Origin: the human T2T-CHM13v2.0 reference genome, Homo sapiens
Strand: one strand, 5' to 3'
DNA: 64,000 nucleotides
NCBI RefSeq assembly: GCF_009914755.1
Contig: NC_060944.1
Every line of letters begins with the position of its first letter. Within the stretch, counting starts at the first letter, position 1. Positions 1-13,625 of the stretch are shown in pieces. Under the pieces are notes generated by a model. That model made no database searches. It was not told the origin of the DNA and worked only from the letters and a program-made list of their open reading frames with translations. A program made the translations under genes and the position numbers.

Positions 1-5
1 ACCAG

Positions 6-123
6 GTGAGCACCTGCTGTTGGAAAAATGGCACCATGAACCTTGCTGGAGGCAGAGTTGCCACAAAACCTTCAATCTGTAAAAAATGCAATAAAGCAAA
101 TTGCAATAAAGAAGGTATGCCTG
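6..123 (+). mobile_element. Tigger1 DNA transposon, 3' terminal fragment
   Basis: TGTTGGAAAAATGGC...GTTGCCACAAAACCTTCAATCTGTAAAAAATGCA...GGTATGCCTG matches the Tigger1 right end/TIR and is followed by a TA target site (124-125). Confidence 0.85.
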
Positions 124-274
124 TATAAATGTAATGCTGGGAGACACAAACTCTTTTTCAGAATATTAGAAAGGAACCATCTCAGGACAGAGGCAATGGG
201 GAAGTGGGTGGGGTGCGGGTGAGCAGGGCTGTGAAGTCTTGAGATTTGCCTCTGCGGTTGCTGACAGAGAACGA

Positions 275-275
<1 letters not shown>

Positions 276-310
<35 letters not shown>

Positions 311-311
311 T
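276..311. repeat. (TTA)n microsatellite (Alu tail-derived)
   Basis: Perfect TTA run abutting the 3' end of a minus-strand Alu. Confidence 0.95.
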
Positions 312-402
312 GAGACAGAGTCTCACTCTGTCGCTCAGGCTGAAGTGTAGTGACACAAAGTCAGCTCACTGCTATCTCCACCTCCCAGGTTCAAGCAACT
401 TC
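312..402 (-). mobile_element. Alu right-arm 3' fragment (5'-truncated)
   Basis: GAGACAGAGTCTCACTCTGTCGCTCAGGCTG...CCTCCCAGGTTCAAGCAA. Confidence 0.9.
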
Positions 403-1084
403 ACCGTGGAGACAGTTTTCTTATTAAATTGCTTGTACTCTCTTAGAAGGATTACTCATTTGATCAGCGGGAGGAACCACTCCCAAAATACCTTTTGAGT
501 CATTTGGGGTTTCTATTGCCTTTTGCATAAACTTTGAATTATTCTTTTTGTTGAAAAGGTTACTATTAGGAAACACGTTCACAGGCAGTCTGTAAATGTC
601 ATCATATTTCAGCTGGGGACAGAGCTACACGAGGGTTTGGAGGAGGCGGCTCAGGGAGAAGGCAGCACCTCAGCCTGTTCTCTCAATGCACTGGCTGCAA
701 GGAGCAGCTGCAACCCAGAGCCCACTGGGCCCAGACACCTAGCTGCCACATTTCCAGGGGTGGGCCTGCTCATGACGCAGGCAAGACAGGAAAACCGGGA
801 CAAGCTCCTGACCAGGCAGAGGTCAGGGACAGCTGCTCAGGTGCCACCAAGCATGAGGCAGGGCACCACCCAAGGCTTCCTGCCCAAACCTGTGGCATGC
901 CCTGTTGGTGCTTTGCTGAAACTGTCCTTCTCTAAGAAGGCAATGAAGACAGTTGTCCCAGGCCCCAAAAAGAAGCACTCACTCCCTTTCCCATGAGACC
1001 ACCAGTTTCGGATAGAGATTCTGTTTGGCTGGCGTTCTCAACTCATTAGAATTGGAATTAAAGAGCAGGGATGGGAAGTGACAT

Positions 1085-1211
1085 TACAAACTCCGATGCC
1101 CAGGCCCCATCCCCGACTAACTGAATCAGAAATGCTGGGAGGCGAGCTCAGGACATTATGTTTTTAAAACGCACCAGGTGAGGCTGACATGCAGCCAGGG
1201 CTCAGAACCAT
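1085..1211. mobile_element. MER5-type hAT-Charlie MITE
   Basis: GGCCCCATCCCCGACTAACTGAATCAGAAATGCTGGGAGG...TTTTAAAACGCACCAGGTGA...AGAACCA resembles the MER5A core. Confidence 0.7.
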
Positions 1212-1840
1212 GGATTTCAGCCAAAAAGGCTTTAGCCCAAGAAGACCGTGCAAATACAAAATGCCAAAGGGAGGGTCATCAGGTGAGTTTCATAGAATTC
1301 TGATTCTCCTCCTAATAAAGTACGTCCCTGGTAGCTGAGAGATGGGAGAGCAGCTCCACATGTGGGACCTGCCAGGGGGATTCGGCATTCCTGCGGCCCC
1401 CTCTGCTGGCCATGATGCTCTCAGATTCTTTGCTGAAAGGGAACGGACATAGGAGCCATCCCACTAAACTCTTCAAAGGACGCTTCTCAGATGCCGGAGT
1501 CCACAGAGTAGGGCAACATACAAAGCAAGCACCCAAAACACTGGGGATGAGAGTCTCAAACCTTGTACTCTGTAATTACATCCAGCATCACCATCACTTC
1601 TCAAAAGAGAAGACACTTTCCCAGCAAAAATAGAAAAGGAAAGCAGTTGCAGAATAGTTAAGACTGAGCCCTGAGACATCAGTTTAGCCTTGAGAAAAAA
1701 ACTACTTCCATTGTCCACATTTTTCTTAGCTGGATTCCTACCAATGAACCCCTGCTGGGACTTGAGTTTGGGGGGCACTGAGTGAAGTAAGAACTTTTAG
1801 TTAAGAAATTATTCTTTGGCCGTGGTTGTAATATCGTAGT

Positions 1841-1994
1841 CAGGGATGGCTTCACGGGCATGTGTCCAGGGCCCCACACTTAGAAGCATCCTGCCCTGGG
1901 TTTAATGCTCTCTTGAAATTCTTCATAATTTTTGGACAAGGAACTCCGCCTTTTCATTCTGTACTGGGCCCTGCAAATTCTGTACCCAACCCTG
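1841..1994 (+). mobile_element. MER45A-like hAT-Tip100 MITE
   Basis: CAGGGATGGCTTCACGGGC...CTTGAAATTCTTCATAATTTTTGG...TGGGCCCTGCAAATT...CCCTG with CAGGG/CCCTG ends. Confidence 0.8.
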
Positions 1995-2236
1995 ATTTTC
2001 ACTGGTGGATTTATGTAAACGTGTGTCTTTCAGTTAGTCAATAAATATGTCTTGGACACTTATCGGTGCCGGTTTCCGAGGACACACCATGTGCAGTATC
2101 GCTGAGGGCAGGATCCAGAGTGTGCCTGCCTCAGAAAGCTTTGCTTCTGGAGGGGCCACAGGGAAAATGTTCACCAATAGGAAAGCCTATAAATAAGATC
2201 ATTGAAAAGATTGGGAATCTGACAAGGATATCTATG

Positions 2237-2954
2237 TGAAACAGGAGAGTTCCCTGAACCCCCTTGCAGGATGTGCAACAAGGGTACGGCTCATGTGTGT
2301 GCTCAAACCCCTTACAGGAGGGAGAGCACGCAGACAGGCAGGTGCAGGAGATAGGGTGAGCACCCCTGGGCTCCAGCCCCACAACAGCATCCAGGAGGTG
2401 GGATCCTGTGACTCCCGAAGCCCAAGTAGGCGTGTGTTACAGTGTGCTCTTTTAGCCTTGCCATCCATGGAGGGCTTAAGTGTTAACCAGCTCAGTCTTG
2501 GTACACAGGTCCTTGTCCAGCATTCAGGAAGAATCAGGTCACACATGGACTTGAAGGATGGTGAATGCAGGGATTTTATTTGGTGGTGGAGGTGGCTCTC
2601 AGCAGGACAGATGGGGACCTGGAAAGGGAATGGCGTGGGAAGATGATCTTTCCCTGGAGTTTGGCTGTCCCTGGGCCGATCTCTCTGACTGTCCCCAGCA
2701 GACGTTCAGACGCTCCTTCTCTTCTCTCCTCCTCCACCACTCCATTCTTCTGCTCATCTGCTCGTGGAACCTGGGTTTGGGGTTTATATGGGTACAGGAT
2801 AGGGGGCCATGGCAGGCCAAAAGGCAACATTTGGGCATGAAAACAGGAGTGCCTGTTCCCATTTAGGGTTGCAGGTTTCCAGGCTTTGGGGCGGGGCCTC
2901 TGCCAGGGAGCTGCCCTCTTCCACCCAGTATTTCCCTGTCTCTTGTCTGTGTCA
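2237..2954 (-). mobile_element. ERV1 solo LTR, LTR1/LTR28/MER52 group
   Basis: The minus strand begins TGACACAGACAAGAGACAGGGAAATACTGGGTGGAAGAGGGCAG, the typical start of this group. TG...CA ends; 4-bp TSD TATG/CATG (2233-2236, 2955-2958). Confidence 0.85.
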
Positions 2955-3311
2955 CATGGAGGCTATAAAATGGGTAAAGTGTGGCAGGTGGCAGCAGGTA
3001 GCAGAGGCCCAAGAAGCCTTTTTGAAGGAGATGACATGGGAGCTGGGACTGGCAGGAAGAGGAAGCCATTATTTGAAGAACAAAGCAAAAGCGGCCGGGT
3101 GAAGGTGCATGTGGGAGGCTGGCAGCAGGTAGGCCATGGGGGAATGTGGGTTTTGTTTACAAAGAAGAGTAGAGAGGGGTCACTGAAACCATTTAATTGG
3201 GGAATCATAAGGTGAGGGGACATTTAGGGCAATAAAGAGCCAGTGGCAGCTGGCAGACCAAGGGGGCACGTGGCAGCTGTTCAGCCAAGGTGGAAGACGC
3301 TTGGCCTAGAT

Positions 3312-3526
3312 CAGGGTTTCTCCACTGGGCACTACTGAAATTTGAGCCAGGTAAGTCTTCACTGTGGGGCCGTCCTGTGCAATGTAGGATGATGAGCAGC
3401 ATCCCTGGCTTCTCCTCACCAAACACCAGTGGGTCCCCTCCCCCTGAGCTGTGACAGCCAGAACTCTCTGCAGACATTGTCAAATGTTCCTTGGGCATCA
3501 AAATGGACCCTGGTTGAAGATCACTG
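3312..3526 (-). mobile_element. MER20 hAT-Charlie MITE
   Basis: Reverse complement of the MER20 consensus: CAGGGTTTCTC...GTCCTGTGCAATGTAGGATG...CAGACATTGTCAAATGTTCC...CACTG. Confidence 0.85.
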
Positions 3527-3881
3527 GCTTGGGGTGATGAGAGTGGACAGGGAGAGAGGGAATAAAGTCAGGATGTATCTTGGAAATAGGACTGAGAGAA
3601 TTAACACTGATGGGTTGAATTGGGGGAAGGGTATTAAGGGGAAAACTGACTCTGTTTTCCAACTGGAAACATGATGAACAGTAGCAAAACGTAATGAACA
3701 GCAGCAGCATCTGTGCTGAGATCTGCTCGGGGCATGAGGAGCAGTGTGGGTATCAGGGAGAGATCATTACCAAGAATTCCATTTCAGCCAAATAGATTTG
3801 CTTTCTTCTAATCAGACAAAAACTTCCCACCACACAGCTGCTGGGATGATCCAACTCTAGCAGACAGTGTTGACTGGCTAT

Positions 3882-4478
<597 letters not shown>

Positions 4479-4544
4479 TCACTTACCTGTCTTTATCCTA
4501 TTTTGGTTCAGTTATCTGGAATCCATGGGCTTCGGGGGTGGCTC

Positions 4545-5010
4545 AGTTCAACAGTGAAACTTGATTGGTCCAAGGTGGTCATAGTAATTCCATTTCTTGC
4601 TAGTGATTGGTTTAGGTAAAGAGGATGTGACACAATGTTAGCCAATAAGAGTTGACAGAACATCTGGAAGCTGGGAGCTTTGGGGAAGTTTTTTCTTACC
4701 ACTCTTAAGCGGGCTCATGAAGAAGACACTGCTCTCCCTCCTTCTGTGTTGGTATGAAGATATTATGTGTGGAGCTCTGGCAGCCACCTTGCAACCACAA
4801 GCAAAGCCTGAGGATGAGGACAATTTGGGGAGTATGGCAGGGCTGAAAGTTGTGGTCTTAGTAGCACCACTGAACCTCCAAATCTGCCCGTCCTTGAGCC
4901 ACTGACTCCTTTTCGGGCTTCATGTTGGTGAGGTAACAAATTCCTTATTATTGGAGCCATTGGAGATGGTTCTTCTGTGTCTTGCTGCCAAGCACATCCT
5001 GACTGCTACG
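4545..5010 (+). mobile_element. Old MLT1 (H-K type) ERVL-MaLR LTR
   Basis: GTGATTGGTTTAGG...GGCAGCCACCTTGCAACC...CTTGCTGCCAAGCACATCCTGACTGCTAC is a MaLR-like 3' end. Confidence 0.6.
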
Positions 5011-5854
5011 TCAGCCAGCCACTGTGCCACAGGAGCCATGAGGCTAGGTTTTGCCACGGGAGATACCGAACACAAGGGAAGAGGCTACAGGATGATGAGT
5101 GAATAGCTGGATTAGAGCTTCCTAGCATCTCAGCCTCACACTCTGACAACATCAAAGAAACATCTTTCTTGACACTTCTCCTCTTCCTGTTTCATTCACA
5201 TTGAGAGAAAATTCTCTATGGTGTCTCCCATTTCTGCACATCTTGTGAGCAGAGGCACTGACAGCTTTTCTTCTATACTGTCTTTACAAGAAAACAACTT
5301 AGTAGACAGAAAAGTGTCTCCCTCTGGGGCAGCAGCCAGATTTGTTTGCCGTTGTTTACAAAGTTGATGTCTCCCTCCAGGGCAAAGGCTGATCATGTTT
5401 GCTTGCCCATCATCAATGATTTGGATTTTCTAAGCTCAAGATTCCTCAGCTGTGGAATCGCCACATCCAGCTGAGGACAGCCCTCAGCCTCAGCGGCTCT
5501 CAGACTCCCCAGGGACCCTGGCTCCCACCATGCCCCAGATGGCCCCTGGGCTGTTGAGTGACCATGGAGGGCCACCCCTTTGTATCAGGGGTTTGGATTT
5601 AATTAAAGTCTTAGAAAATATTATCTGTCACTGAGCAGCCCAGAAGGGTAGCCCTGCTCAGAACTGAGAAGCTTCTTCATGTGGCTCTCGAAGCTGTCAA
5701 ACAGGCCCTCTGCAAACTGAGACTGAGGCCGTGTCAAATGCTTGTGGTTTACCTCGGGCTTTGTTATGTCCCAGAGTCTGGAATCCTGGTAATTACAGAA
5801 AAACGTCGGGTGGGGGGTGAAGGGAAGGCGTCAGAAAGTTATCTGTCTCAACAA

Positions 5855-5935
5855 AAGGAAGAGAGGAGAGGGAAAGAAAGGGAGAGAGAGACAGACAGAG
5901 AGAAGAGAGAGAAAGAGACAGAGAGAGAGACAGGG
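5855..5935. repeat. GA-rich simple repeat
   Basis: GAGAGAGAGACAGACAGAGAGAAGAGAGAGAAAGAGACAGAGAGAGAGA. Confidence 0.85.
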
Positions 5936-6840
5936 GGACCAAGGCTGCACGCTGTGAGCAAAGATTCTCAAAGGAAAATCAGAGCAGTCCTGTCGGAAGG
6001 GAGGATGGAGCTGGCCTGGCTAATGAACAAACAGAGCGAAACAGTCCCACAAAACAGATAGCTACTACACCATGCTTTCCAATGTTGAGAGCGCCGATGA
6101 AGATCATCACGTTCAAAAAGCAGGTCACCAAGCAGAATGTAAGCATGTATTTCATTTTTCAAAAAAGAAACACCCATTCTATACCAGTCTATCAACTGTG
6201 ATGCTCTGCGGATGAGTCACAGTAGAGGTTTTAAAACAATTTTCTGTTGGTCTGCCTGCATCTGCTAATTTTCCTACAATGGGCATATTCTAGCAGTTCC
6301 CATGTCATGAACCCACCAAAGGAATAAATAAAAGACAGAAAACTGAGCAGACACGCAGATCCTCCCAAACCCTTTCTCCTTGTTAAGTTCTGTCTGCACA
6401 ACAAAGACCAGTGGAGAAATGAAAAGCTGCAGTCAGTTTTCTGACTTTGCTGGCTGGGAGAAGCGATCTGGACTCATCTTTTCCAGGTGTTTGGGAACAT
6501 GGCTCTGTCCCTGGGTGAGGAAACCTCAATTTCAGGCTGCTGATCACAAGTGCACCTTCCGTGACAATCTCCTTAGGGCTGCACTTTCAGGGAAGGAATA
6601 ACATCAGGGCTGCAGCCCACACGGGTCGTACCCTTGGCAGAACCTCCTGGAGGCCCTGCCGGGGTTCCTGGGGTCCCAGGGATGGAGACATCCCTTTGTT
6701 TCCTGTTTAGGGTGGTTCTGATTACAGATGAGGCCAAACTGGAATAAATCACAACCAGACCTCCTCTAGCCAGTGGCTCAGGGCTCTGTTGATTACAGTA
6801 TCATTAGCAGGAAGGAAGAGTTAACAGGGAAGACACAAGC

Positions 6841-7245
6841 TGATGTGGCTTGGATGTTGTCCCCTCTAAATCTCATGTTGAATTGTGATCCCTAGTGTTG
6901 GAGGTAGGGTCCAGTGGGAGGTTTTTTGGTCCTGGGGGCGATCCTTCCTAGCAGATGCTGCCCTCATGGTAGTGAGTGAGTTCTCACAAGATCTGGTTGT
7001 TTAAAAGTGTGTGACACCTCCCCCCACTTCTCTCTTGCTCCTGCTCTGACCTGTGATACACAGGCTGTCCCTTCACCTTCTGCCAGGACTGTAAGCAGCT
7101 CAAGGCCTCCCCAGAGGCCAAGGAGATGCTGGCATCACACTTCCTGTACAGCCTACAGAACTGTGAGCCAGTTAAACCTCTTTTCTTTGTAAATTACCCA
7201 GCCTCAGGGATTCCTTTATAGCAACACAAGAAAGCCCTCATAACA
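6841..7245 (+). mobile_element. MSTA/MSTB ERVL-MaLR solo LTR
   Basis: TGATGTGGCTTGGATGTTGTCCCCTCTAAATCTCATGTTGAATTG...AAATTACCCAGCCTCAGG...TAACA. Confidence 0.9.
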
Positions 7246-7284
7246 GCCTTGGGCTTCAGTAAGGGCTCCAAAGACAGGCAGATG

Positions 7285-7387
7285 TGAATTCCACCCCAGG
7301 AAAAAAGTCCTCCTGGCTGGGGGACCTAGGACAAGTGACTTCACCTCTGAGACTCAGTTTCCACCCCTGGAAGACGGGGATGGTAAG
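7285..7387 (+). mobile_element. MIR core fragment
   Basis: GACCTAGGACAAGTGACTTCACCTCTGAGACTCAGTTTCC. Confidence 0.7.
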
Positions 7388-7880
7388 TGTATTAGTCAGA
7401 GTTCTCCAGAGAAACAGAACAATAGAAGATATATATATATATGTATATATATATATGTATGAAGAGGAATTGGCTTACATAGATACGGGGGCTGAGAAGC
7501 CCTGCTATCTGCCATCTGCAAGCTGGAGACCCAGGAGGATCTGGGATAATTCAGCCCAAGTCTGAAGGCCTGAGAACCTGGGGAGCTGATGTTGCAAATC
7601 CTAGTCCAAGGGCGAGAGAGGATGAGCTGAGATGTCCCAGCTCCATTTGGTAGACAGGAAGCAAAAGGGTGAAGCCCTCTTCTCTCTGCCTTTTGTTCTA
7701 TACAGGCCCTTAAACAATTTGGACAAGGCCCACCCACATTGGGGAGGGCCATCTGCTTTGCTAAGTGAACCAATTCAAATGTTAATCCCATTTGGAAACC
7801 CTCTTACCAACACACCAAGAATCATGTTTAATCTGGGCATTAATTGTGGCCCAATCAAGTTGACACGTAAAATTACTGTG
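7388..7880 (-). mobile_element. MLT2 (B/C type) ERVL LTR containing a (TA)n tract
   Basis: TGTATTAGTCAGAGTTCTCCAGAGAAACAGAAC...CCATCTGCAAGCTGGAGACCCAGG...CAAGTTGACACGTAAAATTA; (TA)n at ~7429-7457. Confidence 0.9.
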
Positions 7881-10800
7881 GTGGAAGGAAGTCTCCCTCA
7901 TTGGCAGGATGAGGGGAGATGAGTGTGGGAGTGGCACACAAGTTCTTCACCTGTGGCAGCCTTTCTCATGTGACAGAGTAAAGATGAGGCATTTACCAAC
8001 AACCCCTCCTTTGCTGGCCAAAGGGGCGTTAGTCCAGTTCAACCATCACTTTGTCTCCTGCCCTCTGGGGAGACTCACTCTCTATCAAACCCTTTGGGTT
8101 CTTGGACCTCCTTTCTGGGATGCCAGAAGGTCAAGAAAGCCTGGATTTGATGGAAGGACAGAGAAAGGCTTTAAAGAGACTGATTAAGACAATCTACAAA
8201 ATAAAGAGCTGAGAGAGAAAAGAGTGGGCAGAAAAGGTAAAATTTTCCTGCAGGATGGGGGAGGGAAATGGCACTGGAGATGAGGAAAGAAGACACTTAG
8301 GGAACATAAGTGTCAGACAATGGGAGAATAAGGAAAAGGGGATCTGAAAAAAGTGGCAGGAAGTCAAGCATTGGGGAACTTTGAGTGATCTAGGATTCTT
8401 TCGTTGCAAGCAACAGCAATCAGTCCTGGCTGACTTTAGAAAAAGGGAATTCACTGGAAGCATCACAGAACTGAGGGCAGGCTGCAGATGTGGGACTGAG
8501 AATGAGTAGGAGCAAGGCAGGCTGCAGGCTATGATGCAGGTAGCAGAAACAGTCTGATCAAGGTGCAGTTTCTGCGATGGAATGAAACACCAACAATGTC
8601 AGCCTCTTTGTCCCTTTGCTTGAGACTCAGGTTCCAAAGTGGGCTATCTGACTGACTTGGTGTGGTTCATGTGCCTACTTCTGTCTGTCTTGTGTGGAGG
8701 GGAGGGGTGCTGTAAGCCCAGTGCCCTATCTGTAAATGGAGGAGGGCAAGCCCTTGAATCAAAACTGTCATGGTTATGAAGGGGAAATGGGGCCAGGCAA
8801 CCAAACATGATGAATTTCCATTACGCTCTTTATGTTCTTTTGAAAGTAGCAAATGGAGGTGCTTTCAAACATCGTTCTGGCTGCAGAACTGTGCATCTTG
8901 CACACATCACTTCTCCAAGGTCTTGGTCATTGACCCTCATGGGTCACAGCTTCCTTAAGGTTACTTTATTATTAGAAATACATAAACTGGAGAGTCTTGT
9001 GATAGATAGGTGAATAAAATGTCATAGGAATGCAGAAGAGGCAACCTGAGGAAGCCGGGGAAGGCTTCACTGAGGAGGTGACTTTTGGGCACGCTTATAG
9101 AAGTTTACAGGGCTAAGCAGCTGATAGGTAGTAGGTGGTAATAAATGCATCTCAATACTTATTTGAGATAAATCAATCTTAAGCAAAGCATGTAGGATTG
9201 AAGCCAATCCCCTTCTTCCTAGGAATCTGGGACAAGACTGTCTTGTAACTTGTAGCTTCACCTAACCCAGATACTTCTGGTTATAACTGCAGGCTTTTAT
9301 GGACAATTTCACTTTTTCTTTTAAATAACTTTCATCAAGACCAATGACACTATTTGACATTAAGTCAAATCGTGCAGAGAAAAACTGGGGCAAAAGTCTT
9401 ATTTTGTAATTTGTCAGAATGGGTTCTGAAAAGCTGTGCTTGCTCCCAAGGGTTTCCTGCAGGCGAAAAGGAAACTTCCCTAAGACAGAAGAGGGAATCC
9501 ACCATTTGGCCCCGGATGGATGGTCTCAGCCACAGGACAGGAACAAGGACAGGAATCTGCTCACAGGTCCCCGCCCAGCTGCTCTCTGACCGGCCACAGT
9601 ATTCAGGCCAAGACACTCAGCTGTGACTGCGAATGCTACTTGTCTGACCTAAGGATCTAAGGACTGTAGCTGCCTTGTTTGCATTTCTTACTCCAACGAT
9701 AACTCAAAGAAAAGAAAATGAATCACCGTGGAAAATGAGGGGAGGGTGCAAAAGTAGTGCCGCAGAGCCTCAGAATCCTCCCACCTGCCCTCCACCTGCA
9801 TCTCCACCAGCCCATTCTCACCCTTCCCCACATCGCAGGAGAGGAACCGCCCAGTTTCCGGGAAGACAGGGTCACTTGGTTTAGCTGGAGTGGTCCCACT
9901 CTTCCTAAGTACCTGGTCTTCACAGTAGCTGCTGTGGCAGGGAAGGACGCAATCCCAGGACTAGACTCTTATCTTCTCCTTTTGCCCAGGCCCCACCAGC
10001 TTCCACACTGAACAACACGGGGCCTGTGGATCCATCCTCATCCCCTCCCTAAGCTACTGACCCACTCCCCTCCCCCTCCTGGCATTGATGGGCTGTCCTC
10101 AGGGAAGCCAGTGACCCTAGTCCAGGGCCTCAGACCAGGGTCAAGGGGCAGAATGTCTACACCAGGCCAGGGATCCCTGCAGACTGGTCTTCGGGAAGTG
10201 CACCCCCAGATGCAATCAGTTCACAGAGGAAAACCACATTTTGTTTAGTCTTTTCCTAGTCTAGAAGGCCTAGTATTTAATAAACCCTGGAGCCAGCCCT
10301 GAGGGGGACTGGCTTTTATGGGCTCCAGGCAGCTCTCTCAGCCTCTTCCCAGGTGGGGGGGCTTGGCCTGTTGGCAGCTGACTTGAGTTTTCTTCCCAGC
10401 CCCACCTCGCCCAATGCCCCCACCTTTTCCATGAGATGAAGAGAAACTTGGCCTCCAAGGGTCACTCTTCTCCCCAGGAATGTGTGGCCCAGCTTCTCCA
10501 GTTTAAAAGACTTTCCTCTGCTCCAGGGCTGACCCCAAACAGATGGGAACCTCTAGAGCTTGGTTGGCCAATGCCATGTTCAGCCCAGTCACAGCTGAGA
10601 TCTTGTCACCTAGGTGAGTGCTTTACTGCTGGAGAAGTAGCAATCAAGAGAACAGTTCTTTTTAACATGGACATGAGAGATTTTAGGGACCAGTCCCCAG
10701 TGCTCAAATCACAGCAGGTCCCACCCAAGAACTTGGCTCATCCACAAACCAAGCTCCTGCCAAGCCCTGGCTTATGGAGATGGACCAGACATTCCTGGGG

Positions 10801-11689
10801 CATCATGGCAGGCGGCCACTGATGCTGTCTCAAATCCTGGGGTTCCATGTTACGGAGAGAATCAGCTGCAAAAGGCAACAATTGTCTTTGAGTCACCCCT
10901 GCCCTTCCAAAAATCAGGCTTTCAAGAGTTGAAGGCGTGAAGCGTAATGCAGGGAATTTCTGACAGTGCAGAGGGTATCTGACAGGCTGGGATGTTCCAG
11001 CGATGACTGAACACGCAGATTGAATGGAACACTGATTACATTCTTGGTTAGCCGCCTATATAGCCCATACTGGGTCCTCATTACATGTGCCCTAACAACA
11101 AACATTGTGTTTCATTAAAATATTACACACTTAGGAAAATACTTCTAAAAATGCAAAGAGGAGAATAAAAACTACCGCAAGTGCTATACTGAGACCCAGC
11201 GCTGTGGCAAGTTCCCCTGACCTGTCTGCAGGGATCATTACAAGCCGATACTGGCTGCCCAGCGGGACCTGATGAGACATCAGAGAGCTCACGTGACCTC
11301 CATTATCACTGTCACCGCCGTGCGTGCTGTTCACACAAACATCGGAGATGTAAGTGACACTTTACAACAATTCCTGAGCCTTCCATCATGTGGCTCAGAA
11401 TGTCATGGCCCAGATGATGTCGGGGGGTATTAAAACAAATAAATGAACCATCGAACAAGTAAATAAATAAATACACAAAGGAAAGCGGGGAGAGAGAGGG
11501 AAGGAACCGGTTAGGGCACTCACACAGTGCAGAGGGGTCTGAAAAGGAATGCTGCCTGCTGGCGCCCTGGCTCTCTGTCTCTCTCCCTGTCTTTCTGTCT
11601 CTGTGTGTGTTTTTCCTCACTCTCTGTCTCTCTCGCCATCTAGCTGTCTCTCCTCTCTCGGCCCTTTCTCATCATAAACCCCCTTACAT

Positions 11690-11840
11690 GTGATCTCCTT
11701 TAATCCTCACAACAGCCTGATGTAGTCACTGGCTTTCCTCCTATTTTACAGCTGAGAAAACTGGAGCTCTGAGAGATGGACTACCTTGCTCCAAGACACA
11801 CAGGTGAATCCTAGTGGAGCTGGAGTCAGCCCCAGATAGC
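11690..11840 (-). mobile_element. MIR
   Basis: TTTAATCCTCACAACAGCC...ATTTTACAGCTGAGAAAACTGGAGCTCTGAGAG. Confidence 0.75.
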
Positions 11841-11934
11841 TCTATGCCCACCCTCCACCTCCCCCTCCAGCCTGTGTGTGCACGTATGTGCGGGTGTGTT
11901 GATGGGAATATACCCTAAGTCAGATTGCAACTTG

Positions 11935-12092
11935 CAATCTACAGCTCACGGACCAGAAACCTTAGCATTTCCTGGGAGCTCTGTAGAAATGCGGTGTCCC
12001 AGACCCCTCCCCAGACCTCCCAAGTCAGAAACTGCATTTTCACAGGATCCCTTGGGAACTCCTGGGCATGTGACAGGCTAAGAAACACCTCT
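11935..12092 (+). mobile_element. MER5A1-like MITE
   Basis: GGACCAG...CCTGGGAGCTCTGTAGAAATGC...CCCCAGACCT...TCAGAAACTGCATTTTCACAGGATCCC. Confidence 0.7.
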
Positions 12093-13311
12093 CTACAGCC
12101 CTTCTCCCACTGCCAGGCAGGACTGAGTTACTGCTTTCCTGAGAGGAGGGAACTACATCACTCCCCAAAAGGAAACTGGAGACCACGCTAGGCGAGCACA
12201 GCTTTCCTGAATGCCAGCATACCAGGGCTGGAGGTGCAGGTTTGGTGCTGCCTCCGTCACCCTAAGCCCTCAACATCTCCATCCCCTGGTCTCTTGGTAA
12301 ACAGCTAAGCCAAGATGGCCAGAGCTGGGAGGATGATTGGGCTGAGTCATGTCACTGTAGCCCACAGACAAGTCTGCAACCCATTAAAGACTTCTCTTCT
12401 CCATTAATTTCAGAGACAAAGAGACGTTTGAAGTTTAATGTCATTCTCTTGCTCAGCCTTCCTCAATGAGGCCCCCAGAAGGGTGAGTGAGGGGCTCTCG
12501 GAAGGAGTGGGGCTACTGCAGGGCTGGCTCCAGCCGCAGTGTGGGAGTACCCAGGTCTTTGCTTGGAACAAACACCTATTTGACAGACAGCAGTTGGGTC
12601 CTGGGTAGAACCATTGAGACCAGCTACCATTCCTGGTTCTGAAATTTAATAATGAAATAAATGTAATCACACATATTTAATTAAGCCATTTCTTAATAAT
12701 CATTATCATAGCACGGCACACTCCCCACACGCCTGGCATAGCAAGGCACTATCATACGCATAGAAGCATAGACCTTTGCTGAGAGCGTCACTCCGTACCA
12801 ACCCCAGACTCAGTAGCGGTGAGAACTTGCCCAAGTCAAAAGCTTCCCTGCGGCTCATTTCCTCCTCTGTAGAACGGGGGACTGAAAACAAGGAACAGGC
12901 ATCGGGACAGCGGATCATGAAACTGGTGCCCCATGCAGTGGGTACTCTAAAGTACGAAGGAGCAGGTTTCGGGTGCAGCAGCAGCAAGGATAGAGCTGAA
13001 ACACAGATGCCTAAGGGAAGGACGCCAGACCTGGAAGAGGACAAACGGGGTGATCTTGCTTACATAAAGCTCGAAAACAGGCCAGAAGGCCAGAACCAAT
13101 CTGCAGCCAGAAAGCAGCACCACGGCCACCCAGGGCAGAAGGAGGTGGGGTCTTCCTGGGGTGAGGGGGGCCGTGTTCCACGTCTTGTTCTGAGTGTGGA
13201 AGGGTGTACATGTTTGCCACAATGTATCAAATGCCACCCTTAAACTCTGTGCATGTTATTGTATATAATACTTCAATAACATTATTTTAAAAGTGTTGAC
13301 CAATAGTTCAA

Positions 13312-13463
13312 ATACAGTTTGTTGCCAAGACAAGTTTTTAAAAAACCATGAAATCTGAGTATAATACGATTTTAAAACAGAATTATACATACTGTTTGTA
13401 GCCAACACTTTTTTTAAAAAACATGTAATCTGAGCATAATAAGATTTTAAAGCAGAATTACAC
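13312..13463. repeat. ~77-bp diverged tandem duplication (2 copies, AT-rich)
   Basis: ATACAGTTTGTTGCCAA...AATCTGAGTATAATACGATTTTAAAACAGAATTATAC, then ATACTGTTTGTAGCCAA...AATCTGAGCATAATAAGATTTTAAAGCAGAATTACAC. Confidence 0.85.
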
Positions 13464-13625
13464 AGCGTTTTACATAAGTTAACATATTTATGGCACTTGG
13501 CACAGTGCCCGGCACACAGGAGGAAAATGCTGGAAACTGTCATTTCATCATCCGGATCACCTTGGGTTGGTGCCCTTATACCTGTTTCACAGATGAAGAA
13601 ACTGAGGCACGGATAGGGTAACTTA

